DNA of 64,000 nt from Phoronis australis (GCA_002633005.1 NMRA01000158.1:713397-777396), one strand, 5' to 3'; positions 29,501 to 40,044 are shown, counted from the stretch's first letter. A program made the numbers and translations. The notes: generated by a model from the letters alone, not told the origin.

Positions 29501-32500
29501 CAGGCCTTTATGCACCTTACGTCCTGGGCGTCCTAGCACTAATCCGGAAGCCCTGGCAAGGACGCCCTGGCAAGGACGCCCAATGTATCATTTGGAGCCC
29601 ACTGTCAATATGAACCTTTCAACTTTGGACTCACACATTGTAATGAATACTAGGAAGACTCTGAAGGCTCACAGTGGGGGCTCTTTTTTCAAAGCAGGAA
29701 GAAATATACAATGTATATACAAAGTATATGCATTGTTGCTATTTTGACACTTGATTGACAGCATTATAAAAGTCTTGATCTAGCTTTTTTAGTAAAAATG
29801 CTCACCATAGAAGGCTGTTTTATAAACTTAGATGTAAAAACCTTGGTCTATGCATTTTTTGTAAAAAAATCTGTGTGTTTGGGGGTATTGCTGGGGGTGG
29901 GGGGTTACGCGTCGGAATCATGGACGCCCTGGAATATTTGGAACCCCGTTTTGGACACCCTATTTTCAAAATCTTGGATAAAGTACCGTTGCTATCTATG
30001 GTGGTTGTAAAGGGTTTTCAGTCTGAACTCTGTGGATGGAGTAATTGTAATTTCTGTCAATAGAGTTAATAAAAGATAATAACTATCGACGCAGTTAATG
30101 AGATATAGTACAGGTAAGTCTCTCAATGCAGTTAATAAGTCTATTGATAGACAGTAACTCTATTGGTCATTGCACTGGATATTTTTTGTCCAGTCTTAAA
30201 TAAGATAGTAATCTTATTGATCATTTACTGATAGTAACTATGTTGATATAGTTAGGACTAGGACCACTACAGCCAACGTAAATGACAATAATAAAATTCA
30301 ACGGATTCAAAAAACCACCTTGCGTCAAAATTTTAAAGTTAATCTATCTACTTTATTTCCATCTAGCTGGAAACTTGAGCCAAAACCAAGCAAGTAAAAG
30401 CTTTTGCAGAACTCTATAATAAAAAACAAGTTGTTACTGGCACCTCTGAGCTTCTCGTTTCAGACAGACATTTTGCCCCTTGGCTTGTGCTAAATTCGGA
30501 TTCTATTTTATAGGCAACCATGACAGCTAGGAATTTTTCATTTCAGAAAGTGAACATACCTCCTCAGTTTCTTGGTCAATTTCAAACATTTTCAATTTCT
30601 CTATTTTTTCTTTGTGCCGCCTCACTGGAGATCGCCCTCTTTTCCGCTCGGTCTCTGGACTGGAACTGACGTATTCATTCATTTCTTGATCTCTGCAAAA
30701 GGGTGTGATTGCAATAAACAACATATTAAAGCTCCATGTAGTGCCACCCTTGAAAAACATTATAATTGTGGTTTGTGTTTTCGTGTGGAACCATTCGTAT
30801 CGGTACTTTAACTCAGCACCATTGCCCCTGAAAGCACATGACAATAGAATAGCCTGAATGGAATTCATTGGCTGCTTCAACTGAAGATTCACTGCCACTG
30901 ACTTGATATATTCCACTTTCAAGTTCCTAGTTTAGGCTTGACCTCAAAAGACCTGTGTAGATCATTAATACAATACTAGATGTTGGAATTAAGAGTTTCA
31001 AAGAATTGAAGATGATACACCAGCATGGCCCTTATTATCTTCAAATCAACACGGTTAATTTTCACAATTTCAGCGAGAACAGTAAAAAAGAGTCGACTCG
31101 AAGTACTGCAGGTATTTGGGCCAAAACATGATCGTGAAATATTGCTCTGCTCAGAATCACAATAACATTTTAACAATTCTACACAATGAAATCAAAAATT
31201 TTTAAAATGATTCAAACATATATGACCAAGACTTACTAGACTCTTAATGTAAACACACCTTCACTTTTAAAAACTTAGAAATCATAAACACTAGATAAAA
31301 ACAACTTGCTTTAAGTACCACAAACAATACGAAATGTGATGACTGCTACCCTCTACAGTGAGAATCCGACACTAATTTACCACCAGCAGACTTACAATAT
31401 GAATATGAAAACTACTGCCCTCTTTTGTAAGGGATGAAAGGATTAATCTCTAGGCATCTGCACATCAATTTTCAAATATTAATCTCAAAACTCTACAAAA
31501 CCCTGCTTAATGGTTAAGTACATCAGAAGGTCTTAGAAAGACAAAATGTAGGAAGTAGAACTCGTGATATTTGCCTGAAGAAGGAAGCTACCACTTGACA
31601 GTGGCGGCACTTGATCGACTTCGCCAGTTCTGCCTGGTCAACTGGTTAGCACATCTGATTGGTTCTCTATGACGACTTCTGGCTTACAGACCAATGAGAT
31701 GTCTTAGCCGATTGACCCAGCAGAAACAGCGAAGTCGATCAAGTGCTGACAAGCGTTAAAATGTAAATTGAAGACACAAGTTTTTAACAAATCAAATTAC
31801 ATTTTAGGCAGATCATACTTCGCTCGGGCATTCATAACAGTAGCTGGTACCACTAGAGTGACTCGTTTCCCTGTAGTCGCTTGACCTAAGCTGCCCCTTG
31901 GTGATGGACTACTTTTCTCTGTAGCAGTCTGAGTGCTGGTACAGTTCTCATCACAGCATCCATTTGGTGTTCCATCTTTCTCCATAGGAGGGGCATTTTT
32001 TCTCACAGTCTTGGCATTTGCTTCAGGGCAACAGTCCTCCTCAGCACCCTTCAATACAATGACTTGCTCTCCCAAGGATGGGATATGTTTGCCAGGGGCC
32101 TGTACTCTTCCACCTTCCTCTACTCTAGTACCTTTCTCTTTCATGGTTTGGGCCTTGTGGACACAGTCACCTGTGGTTCCATCATCTTCCATTAAAGTGA
32201 CACATTCACTCATGGTTGGTGTACCCACCTCACAGTCTGCCATCATTCTTCCTCCCTCTGCTATAACAGTAGGGCCCCCGTCGCCACAGTCACCTGTTCC
32301 TTCGCCTTTTACTATGGCAACAAGCTTCCCATCACCACTGGCCGTGGTCCCACAACACCTCTCAGGGGGTGCGCCACCTTCCCCCGAGTCCTCTACCCCC
32401 ACCGCTACACACCCAGCTCCACCTTCTCCATTACAACTGGACCCTTCAAGTGACACTTGCAACAAATTGTCTATCAATTGCTGAAACGTCTCATGTTCTT

Positions 32501-35500
32501 CACAGCCTTCCGTTTCCATCTCAACAATCGGTCTACTTCAGGACTGCAGTATTTCTACTTCTCCTAATTTTCTCTTGCGTTTCTAAGTCCTAATAACTAC
32601 CATAAATCACACAACACTATGTGGTCCCACAAGATATCATTGTGCGAATGACTGGCCTTGCGAAGACTCAAAGAGAGTGGTCTGGTTGTGACAAGAACGG
32701 ATATCTATTGACATTACGTCTGGCAGCCAAAAATGAGGTAGTTAAGAAGATAAGGCTTGCAACTTAAGTTCAGTCTTGCCATATACTATTGTAATTAGCC
32801 AGATTTTGATGGACTATTATGTTACAGAATCTTGTTTTACTAGTCTGGATATCTCAATGCAGAGTAATTAAAGACAGGGTTGGAAGGTCTGGCTAGTGTG
32901 CAGTAACACTGATGTTAAGGACTCATTAGCAGTCATAGACTTCTCAATGAAATATGATCTTTCTATTAAAAGTCCAAGACTACAAAGTTGATAAAACAAA
33001 TTCAGATAAGAGTAAATATTAAATCATGTGATCCACTAGATGTATAGTTCATTATCAATGGAACAAACTACACAAAAGTCTTCCTTAACACAAAGTCAAT
33101 ATGCGCATAGTGATGACGTTTTTACTGGTCAAATAGCAGGTTAACCAGCTGATTCATCACAATAAAAGGGCTAAACAGACTTTGAAGATACCACCCTAAA
33201 ACCAACACTGTTCCAAGAACCAGTTATTAGTGGCGAAATGTGCAAGACATTGTGGATGACTGAATCATCATTCAAGTACAACAGCACACTGACACATTAC
33301 AGCTGAGAGATTTGCAAAGACCCTGATTTTAGATTTTGAAAAATTGTGAAATACATTTTTTCTGTTTTGTAAATAAGCAAATTCCATATTTTTTCGAAAT
33401 ACTTGCCTTACTCTAGCCGTCACTATCAAAAAGGATGTACAACTACTTAAACATGTGGACTACAAAGGTATCATTGATAGACTTGTGGACAGAATCGGTC
33501 TCATTTTATCAATTTGATAAAATATATTTCTAACTTTTTGGTGATATTAATTTTAAAGAGACAGAAATATTATATAATTATTGAAACTGAAACATGTGAA
33601 TTCCACTTCAAACCGGCAAATATGTGAAAGAACTCCAATTTCGTAATTTCTGTCCCTCTTTCGTTATCACAGAACAACAAGGTCTCAACAAGAAAAGAAA
33701 ATTTACCCGGGGGGTAGGGGTCCCAGGGCTTTTCTTCCAAATAACGGCTATGGTTTGAAACTGCACATGCGAAGTCCAGACCAATGAAATACCACCCACA
33801 GCAACCAGGACGGTGGGTCCCCGAGACAATGCCGGGTAATGAAAAAAGACCAACTACCCATACAAGATATAAAAAACAATTTACCTAGATAAGACAATCT
33901 GGCACAGAAGCAAAATTATGAACTCAAGAGAATACTAGAGAGGGTAAAATACCTACCTGAGTTGGCATCGCGTCCCCACCACTCCTTCCTCATATGTGAA
34001 ACCCTCCCCCAGTAACTGGTGCCTATTCTCTACCCCTTACCTGTTACTCATTTTCTGTGCTTTAACTGCAAGGTTCTCTAAACTCTGTATAGCTTTATCT
34101 CGCTCATTCTTCATCTCCTGACACTGTCTCACTGCCTCATCCCTCTCCTCCACGGCGCGTGCATTCTCCCTCAGAACAGCGTCCCTTTCTTTTAAAGCCA
34201 GCTCAAAACCCAACTGAAGAGCTTGTGTGGGGCTTTTATCCTCAGAGCCGTCCTCTGTAAATAACAACCACACTTGGTCACTCAACAGGTAGGAGTCCTA
34301 TCCCCAATAAACCACATGTGGAAACCAAATCTAGACAGGCATAGTCTTCACATGTTGATGAGACATGCCAAGAAGAGGTCTGGTCAGCTGAGTCATCTAA
34401 ACAGTGGATAGGGTAACTACCGGTACCATCAAAGTATCAACCACCCTCTTGATAGCCTTTGGCAATAAAATGTCAATAATTGAACCAAATCCTCCCCTAC
34501 TGCAATGAGAATTGATTCGATTGATTAGAAAAGGAACCTATGGACCATTGAAGATCAGTACTGGGCACAAAGGTCATAACAAACAAAGACACTAAAGAAA
34601 CATCAAAAAGGCAATCACAAGACATGGGAATGAGGCATTTTACCTAAAATGAAAGCAAACAATCAGAACATGAAGGTGAAAGTTGAATTACACAGGTGTA
34701 GTCACAATACAGAAAGAAAACAGTGCTCAAACTACCAAGATAAACAAGGAACTATGCACGCACTGTACAACATTATGGAAATCATTTCTTGATAATCTAA
34801 ATTCCTGTTTTCTAATGACAAAGCACCAGATTAGCCTCACTTTTCCAATATCATCCATAGTTCTGTGCCTAATGCAACAATTTATAAACTGTTTTCAAAA
34901 ACTCTGAGAAGCTAAAATGGACCCCATGTTTGGAAGTGAAGACATATATTTATATTTAGCTATGCACTTTAAACCTTACTTCTCTTGGTTAGTGCCCTGG
35001 GGGCTTGAATTTGATAATTTAAAAATTACAGGGTGAGCGTTCATGGAGCGTGGGTGCATAAAACCGAAATTTTAAGAAGTCAGGAGTGGGCGCTTACCTG
35101 AACAGTCACTATGGGAGCTACTTTGATGTCAGACTTTAAGTGTAAGAGTTCAATAAATCATCAACGAATTGTAAACAATGTGACAAGGGGCTTACCATCT
35201 AGAATGGAATAATCGCGCGCACAGCAGTTCAGTACCTTTGTTGCAATAGCTTTTTACATATCATATGACACTCGAATGATTGTTTTCCCTAGTTCTGCTA
35301 GGTGCCCCTAGTGTTGTATGATTCTGTTTGATCGCAAGAGGTTGCTTTGGTCAATGAACTGGAAATGAATGTTTGGTAAGAACACTTTTGAATTCGCTAA
35401 TAAATTTTAAGACATAAACCTTACACACTTATTAAGTTGCTGCTACCTGCGCGAATGTGTTCACCATTTTTTCACATAATTACGATATTATTAGAATACT

Positions 35501-38500
35501 CATTAGCCAAAAGCATACCGCAATTTACTCTTCAGTAAAGAACGCGACAGAACAGGTGTTGTCCTGGCCGCACAAGGCAAGATTCCATTGAAGCTGGCTG
35601 ATCGTTACTCAGAGATAAGAAGGTTGCAAATTTTTATGACGTAAAATTTTGATGGGCATTTTTATGAAAGTGGGCATTAACCCAGAGTACAGTTGAAAAA
35701 AATTAAAACCGCAATTATTTGTTACCAATTTGAAGGAAACTGGTCTGCCTAATTTCTATTTATTTGTAGTGCCATATTTTGCCAGGTGTTGCATGACAAG
35801 GTAGGTAGAAAAAATTAAAACCGCAATTATTTGTTACCAATTTGAAGGAAACTGGTCTGCCTAGTTTCTATTTATTTGTAGTGCCATATTTTGCCAGGTG
35901 TTGCATGACAAGGTAGGTAGTTGAAGATAGTTCTCGCTTTGAATTACAACCACTAACACATAGTGACAAGACGAATTTGTCAGTGATCAATAATTCACTG
36001 GAAATTGCAATTTTAATGATCTCAATCAGATAATATTTCTTAGACATATCTTGGTATAAAACATTTATCTTTGAAAGAAATTTGCAGGATCAATGAACAG
36101 AACTATTTTCATTAAGAAGTATCTTAGTAAATGTAATTTACCTTAAAACAGTGTAATTGGCTGGGAAATTGAAATAAGTAAAACTTGATATGAAAATTTC
36201 ATTTGCTGAGGTTGAATGGCAATAATTGAGCATCCCATCTCAAAACTTTGCAGCTTCAAAAACTTTCAACAAACGATGTTTTTTCTTGTATTCGGAAATT
36301 TTATCAACTTAAAGACCCTTGATGCCTTAAAGTTGAATTTTGTCTGATACCAATTCATCTACTGGCTAAAAAGGTATTGTTTTCACTAACTTTTTTACCA
36401 GTAGCGAAAACGCCAATATTGTGAACGGTTGCAAGAAACATTTTAGGTGACGTTTTGCTACCAGTTGATTTAGCATGTGCTGCTAATAATTACATATTGG
36501 TAAGCAGAGTTTACTTCCAAGGACTTTGATAGGCAAGGGAGAGTGTTCTTCACAAATGAAAACAAAAATTTGTCAGAAGTACACAGACACCATCAAACAC
36601 GCAAGAAGGGCAAATGTTCACAGTTGTGCGCATTTACCAGCTGAAGATTTTATGAACTGAAGACACTTTACAGGGAGTACCTAGCAGTAGTGCTCACGAC
36701 TAAAAATCCAAATGTGTCGGAAGGTCATTCTTGAAAACGTGATTGCAAATGCCTTCTAACAAGTTGGGGAAACAACAAGCCATGAGGAACACTGATGACT
36801 TTGCTCATTAGAGTTTATTGCAGAAAGTAAGCCCACTTTAAAACCAATAGCGATTCATGCTTTAAAACCAACATTGGTAATGAGAAAACAAAATTAACTG
36901 TTGAGGAATAAAACCAATTTGCCAACAACATGTCTGTCTGGCTTAAGTTCCTGCATTTTTTTCACTGAAAAGCAGCAAGCTTTCTACTCATTTGAAGCTA
37001 ACTTTATTGTTCCAGGCCTTGTTGGTTTATGGTGCTGTATTCTTAGCTGATGCTACAAAAACAAAACAAACCAATTCAAAACCCAACAGGCACAAGAACC
37101 CAACTGCATGAGCCAGACAGAAGAATTCATTCACCCTGTGCACTGTCACCATCTGTTTAGCTCAGTAGCACTCAGGCTGTGGTTTCATCCCCAGGAATCT
37201 CAATGAGTCAACCATGACTGCAACCTGATACTTGCACTACATAATGTGACTAAGTGGGTTTTCTATGACACTTTTTAACAAAGGAAGGCAACAAATTCAT
37301 TGGGGTTATTCTCTGGAATTAGGATTCAATACGGGGTGTCTAGAAACTGATCCAAAACTTCTTTTTTACAATTTGTCAAAACTACAATAAGGGTTTTTAA
37401 TATCAGTTATACAAAACATCAGTTGAACATGGAAAGTACTCAATTTTGAGAACGAGGCAATCTCATACTATTTCTGGATTAAGGTCTTGACAATTTGGCT
37501 GTCCAAGAATCCCAACAAAAGAAATTAACACCAGCACAAAAGGCTGGTGATTCTGAAACAAACCCCTACAAAAGCGTGACTTTTTCATGGAGACTACCTA
37601 CAAGTGGGTCCCCCTTTTTGTTCAATTTCTAAATTGGTGGGTGTCCTTTGTTTCCAGTCGTACCCCTGCGTCAAAAAATATAGCTGATTACCTTCAGGTT
37701 ATTCCAGGTATATCATTATTTGCACCAAAACAAAACTGGATGGTTGCTTAAGGCAGAGACCAGGATTTAGAATTAACAATTGACATTCTTATTTATAATC
37801 TGCAAAAGGATTAGCAGTGACAAAACATTCTGACACTCAGAACTTTATATACAAGCGATCAGATGCTGGATTTCAAACATCACACGTGAACAGACGAGGG
37901 GGTCACTTTGTCATTGTTTTTTTTTACTTTTTCACGCAACTTTAGATGAGCGGAACCCGTTCAACAGCAAAAAAATACAAAATTATGAGTTTTCAACTGT
38001 TTAAATGTACATCATACCAACTGAGGTCACCAACTTTCTGAGGGCTACCCCACTTGCACTGCATCCATCTGAGTCAGGTGTGTAATTGTACCACTGACCA
38101 CATCAATGTCTTACTTAAATTTCAATAATTCTCAAGCTGAGAAACGCTCGCCGATGTTTGTGAACCGCTAACAAGTGAACTGACAACCCATGCCTGATAC
38201 TGTGAAGCGTAATACCAGAATCGCTATCAACATTCCACAAAATAATTGAAGCACTAAATAATCTATTACTACTCACTTTACACCCATGGGAGCGGAAATT
38301 GTAACTCGGCTGCGATACATATTTAATGATTCGATCTAAAACCTTTGGTAGACTGCACTGGTCTCCTTGTACCCTACATGTGCCTAAGCTGATCTGTTGG
38401 TCCTTGGTTTTAAAAAAATAGTTTTAGGTTGGTACAGTGTGTTAGTCAGAGATCATACAAAGACATTGGGTTAATAATTAATTGAATCTGCAGGGGGTGT

Positions 38501-40044
38501 TTAACCAATTTTAAACACACAACTGCATCATCACGCACAATGACAAAACTTAGCATCAACTTTTAATAAGCAGAAGTTAACATTAACGCTCAGGTATAAT
38601 GTGGATACTGAGAAAATGGTAATAGTCCTGCATTATGAGAACCAGTTTTCTCCACTGAGTAAAGGGCATCAAACTGGTTCTCAAAATACAGGACCCCAGT
38701 TAGTGACTATTGACAGCAAGGCTTGACGATTAGCGTTACGTCAATTCCACAAATACAACCTGACAAAATTTCCAGCTGGCCAAATGGGATTTGAGCTTGC
38801 CAAAACAAGGAAACCTATATGCAGTCATGTGAGAGTCCTGCAGGCCTTCACTCACTAACAATATACAGTTGTGAATGGAAAAACGAAACATCTGAATTGA
38901 CAAAGTAGAAAATTTGAAACAATAGCTAAACGCAACGGGCAAATATCCGCCCCAAAACTCAAAAACGCCCCGGCAGTAGAATGAAAAAAATACATATAAA
39001 TCTTATGCACAATGACCATTGATTTCACATTTGGTTGAGCAGAAGTAGGTATGCGTCATGGTCGGACCCTGCTAGTTTCGACCAACTCCCGTTGCTTCAT
39101 TTCTTGTAGTAGTTTGGGTGTGTGATGAGAGAGGCAGATAGGCAGATGTACTCATAGGATGTCCAAAATGGCTTTCCCAATTTCTCGGCATCCTTGACCA
39201 ATGATCTGTGTGACAGCATTTTTATTATCTCAAGTCAAATTGGTAGTATGGTATAGTATATTACTAGGACCACATGGTTCTGCACTAAAGTTTTTGCATC
39301 TTACATCATTTTTAAGTCATTTTTATTATGCACAGGCCAATGAGCTCCCACAGCTGCTGCTGCAAGTTACTAGAGACAACTAGGCTCACTTGCTTACTTT
39401 ATTTGGGCGTCCAAATGTTGAACAAGACGTCCTAACGATAGGTAAGTCAAGTAGACAGGTGCCTCATGAAAATGGTTGCTGGTGCCGTTATTAGGTGAAA
39501 ATTGGTTCCCAGTAGATATTTTAAGAAGGAATCATTTACTTGACTTCTACCAGTGCAACGGTGTCTAATTTTGAATCCAATTGGCATGTTGCAATTGCCA
39601 AACGGTTTGCATTCTTCACTCTCAATCTGGGAACCCCGTCTCGGAGTCCAGACTTTTCAACACAAGTTACAACGTAAGTCACTCACTGAGCTGGAAGTGA
39701 ATTAGAGGGTGCATTGCAATGAATTTCAACTGTAACCTGTATAGGTCTATTTGTAAAAACTTACCTGGGCTATCTAAAAGGAAGCACGTCAATAAATGGG
39801 GGTATTCCTGTTCAACTGATGCGCAAAACTCTTGAAATGCGGACTGTCCTTTTCGGGAAAGGATGTCAACAAACGTCTCTGTACAGGTTCTTGGATCTGA
39901 ATTGTTTAAAATTTCTCTCTCCTCCAGTCGGCTGAACACTCCTTTCCGAACTAGTTTGGGTAAAACATGATTGACATCCAAATCTCTTATTATAGTAGCC
40001 CGGTGCTTTGCAAGCAGCCGAGCTGAGCCTCCTCTGGCCGACAT
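341..40044 (-). CDS. TJP1: Tight junction protein ZO-1-like MAGUK with N-terminal CARD and coiled coil (5' part; continues beyond left edge)
   Basis: Coding exons (minus): 40044-39765, 34254-34041, 30692-30560, 7377-7205, 6980-6878, 5016-4926, 4681-4578, 3930-3783, 3266-3045, 2182-2089, 491-341. All are GT-AG with matching phases (1713 nt = 571 codons). PDZ1 '[50 protein letters not shown]' is the ZO-family PDZ1 signature. PDZ2 '[31 protein letters not shown]' and PDZ3 '[36 protein letters not shown]' follow in ZO order. Joining of the three upstream exons is inferred from phase only. Confidence 0.85.
2089..3266 (-). CDS. TJP1: ZO-1 PDZ2-PDZ3 proline-rich linker exons (3266-3045, 2182-2089)
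   Basis: [11 protein letters not shown]...[14 protein letters not shown] and [30 protein letters not shown]. Phases 1/1 and 1/2 bridge the flanking PDZ exons. Confidence 0.8.
3783..5016 (-). CDS. TJP1: ZO-1 PDZ2 exons (5016-4926, 4681-4578, 3930-3783)
   Basis: VIRRKII...[77 protein letters not shown]; matches the ZO PDZ2 layout. Confidence 0.92.
5510..5775. repeat. (TACA)n degenerate microsatellite
   Basis: Long run of atac/acat units; explains the spurious MYVC-repeat ORFs. Confidence 0.95.
6280..6478. mobile_element. MITE fragment of the GGGGCCYGTTTC-ended family
   Basis: Ends ...tcagttttcttgaaacgggcccc and has internal GACTTAAG/AAGACAAA motifs shared with copies at 47309-47550 and 52121-52321. 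Confidence 0.55.
6878..7377 (-). CDS. TJP1: ZO-1 PDZ1 exons (7377-7205, 6980-6878)
   Basis: [35 protein letters not shown]...EGKLQ + [34 protein letters not shown]; canonical splice sites. Confidence 0.95.
11700..12112 (-). mobile_element. Penelope-like retroelement 3' remnant (GIY-YIG endonuclease C-terminus plus terminal repeat)
   Basis: ORF peptide [23 protein letters not shown]...[21 protein letters not shown] fits the Penelope GIY-YIG tail (HF...H...E..WI..L.T..P.GLN). Downstream non-coding part is repeated at 13325-13410. Confidence 0.8.
11738..11778 (-). ncRNA. Variant minimal type-I hammerhead ribozyme motif (Penelope-associated)
   Basis: UUGAUAA-A-GGAAGU(UGUU)ACCUCC-GAAAAUUU: U3:A8 covariant core, stem II, GAAA and palindromic AAUU stem III. 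Confidence 0.5.
12628..12880. repeat. Degenerate ~145-bp tandem repeat (two units)
   Basis: 'gtgaacttttcata..tctagagtaatgagagtgtgaaagtgactg' versus 'gtggacttttcatg..tctagagtaacgagagcgtgaaactgactg'. Confidence 0.6.
13325..13410 (-). mobile_element. Second copy of the Penelope terminal segment with hammerhead-like motif
   Basis: Near-identical to 11704-11790; UUGACGA-A-GGAUGU(UAUU)AUAUCC-GAAAAUUU with a fully paired stem II. Confidence 0.6.
15488..15675. repeat. (CA/TACA)n followed by a ~70-bp direct duplication
   Basis: ggatatgcagacagaagcttatggggtca..tacagtcat..cataaaacctgacga occurs twice. Confidence 0.8.
18461..18690. mobile_element. MITE with ATTTAG(C/G)ACACAGTATGGCAGAC-type termini
   Basis: Inverted termini aatttagcacacagtatgaca / gtctgccatactgtgtgttaaat. 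Related ends occur near 6555-6580, 16433-16460 and 56003-56030. Confidence 0.55.
19457..19529. repeat. 24-bp tandem repeat x3
   Basis: ggcaaacgc(g/t)atcaaaaagtttga repeated three times. Confidence 0.9.
20205..20500 (-). mobile_element. Decayed 3' end of a non-LTR (L2/CR1-group) retrotransposon ORF2
   Basis: Peptide [13 protein letters not shown]...KRLSAC....[14 protein letters not shown] resembles the LINE C-terminal 'LA.LR.G...L....RLC..C...EDE.H...CP.Y' zinc knuckle. Confidence 0.6.
20523..21059 (+). mobile_element. Non-autonomous DNA transposon with TIRs carrying a frameshifted THAP domain
   Basis: TIRs AGGGCCATCCTGGATTACA / TGTAATCTGGGATGGCCCT. Internal [14 protein letters not shown]...FFTF(fs)...[18 protein letters not shown] from 20687. 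Confidence 0.7.
22095..22330. repeat. Purine-rich ~30-bp minisatellite
   Basis: Units like ggagacaccaagg(g/t)gaaagggaaacccca, about seven degenerate copies. Confidence 0.85.
22438..22782 (-). CDS. Candidate alternative first coding exon C (115 aa, three W-[NQ]-R-x-x-I-L repeats)
   Basis: ataATGg start, 345 nt to tct|gtaagt (phase 0). A second possible phase-0 donor gag|gtaaat lies at 22588. Both fit the PDZ1 acceptor. Confidence 0.55.
24167..24394 (-). CDS. Candidate alternative first coding exon B (76 aa, [11 protein letters not shown]...RRRLRK)
   Basis: aaaATG start, 228 nt, ends at a consensus aaa|gtaagt donor. Phase 0 fits the PDZ1 exon acceptor at 7377. Confidence 0.6.
24624..27623. 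repeat. ~1.5-kb tandem duplication split by a single N (24624-26129 / 26132-27623)
   Basis: Near-identical copies with scattered SNPs/indels; junction at N 26130. Confidence 0.9.
29500..29990. mobile_element. Probable non-autonomous DNA transposon remnant
   Basis: Sub-terminal GGACGCCC motifs clustered at both ends; weak inverted termini caggcctttatgca / tggataaagtaccg. Confidence 0.4.
30560..30692 (-). CDS. Charged linker exon between coiled coil and PDZ1
   Basis: [44 protein letters not shown]. Phase-2 acceptor cttttgcag; phase-0 donor gag|gtatgt matches the phase-0 PDZ1 exon at 7377. Confidence 0.75.
31607..31746. repeat. 140-bp fold-back inverted repeat
   Basis: gcacttgatcgacttcgc...gcgaagtcgatcaagtgc, arms pair over ~60 bp. 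Confidence 0.85.
31801..32519 (-). CDS. Candidate alternative first coding exon A of the ZO-1-like gene (239 aa, G/C/E-rich)
   Basis: 719-nt ORF from gagATGg ending at at|gtaatt. Phase 2 fits the 30692 acceptor. GC-rich, coding-like island in an AT-rich intron. Confidence 0.55.
34041..34254 (-). CDS. Coiled-coil exon of the ZO-1-like gene
   Basis: [71 protein letters not shown] has heptad-like ERD repeats. The phase-1 acceptor (ttatttacag) fits the CARD exon; phase-2 donor ag|gtaagg. Confidence 0.8.
35695..35920. repeat. ~113-bp direct tandem duplication
   Basis: aaaaattaaaaccgcaattatttg...catgacaaggtaggtag twice, almost identical, with no N. Confidence 0.9.
38625..38694. repeat. 70-bp hairpin / mini inverted repeat
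   Basis: gtcctgcattatgagaaccagttt ... aaactggttctcaaaatacaggac. Confidence 0.75.
39765..40044 (-). CDS. CARD domain exon (first coding exon of the long ZO-1 isoform)
   Basis: [93 protein letters not shown] has the CARD pattern (HR..I..DL...L..L...GV.S..E...I; DIL..KG..AF..F......YP.L). Acceptor ttttcttttacag at 40054-40055, aaaATG start, donor g|gtaagt at 39765 (phase 1). Confidence 0.85.

Noticed and set aside
31933-32484. 183-aa plus-strand P/S-rich ORF
   Set aside because: Antisense to the candidate ZO-1 exon A; no ATG start or splice support.
38277-38320. Tiny ATG-initiated minus-strand exon ending at GTGAGT
   Set aside because: Phase 2 does not fit the next (phase-1) coiled-coil exon; too short to support.
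39765-40044. CARD exon as part of a separate caspase or APAF1 gene
   Set aside because: No caspase, NB-ARC or WD40 exons seen downstream; phases lead into coiled-coil and ZO PDZ exons.
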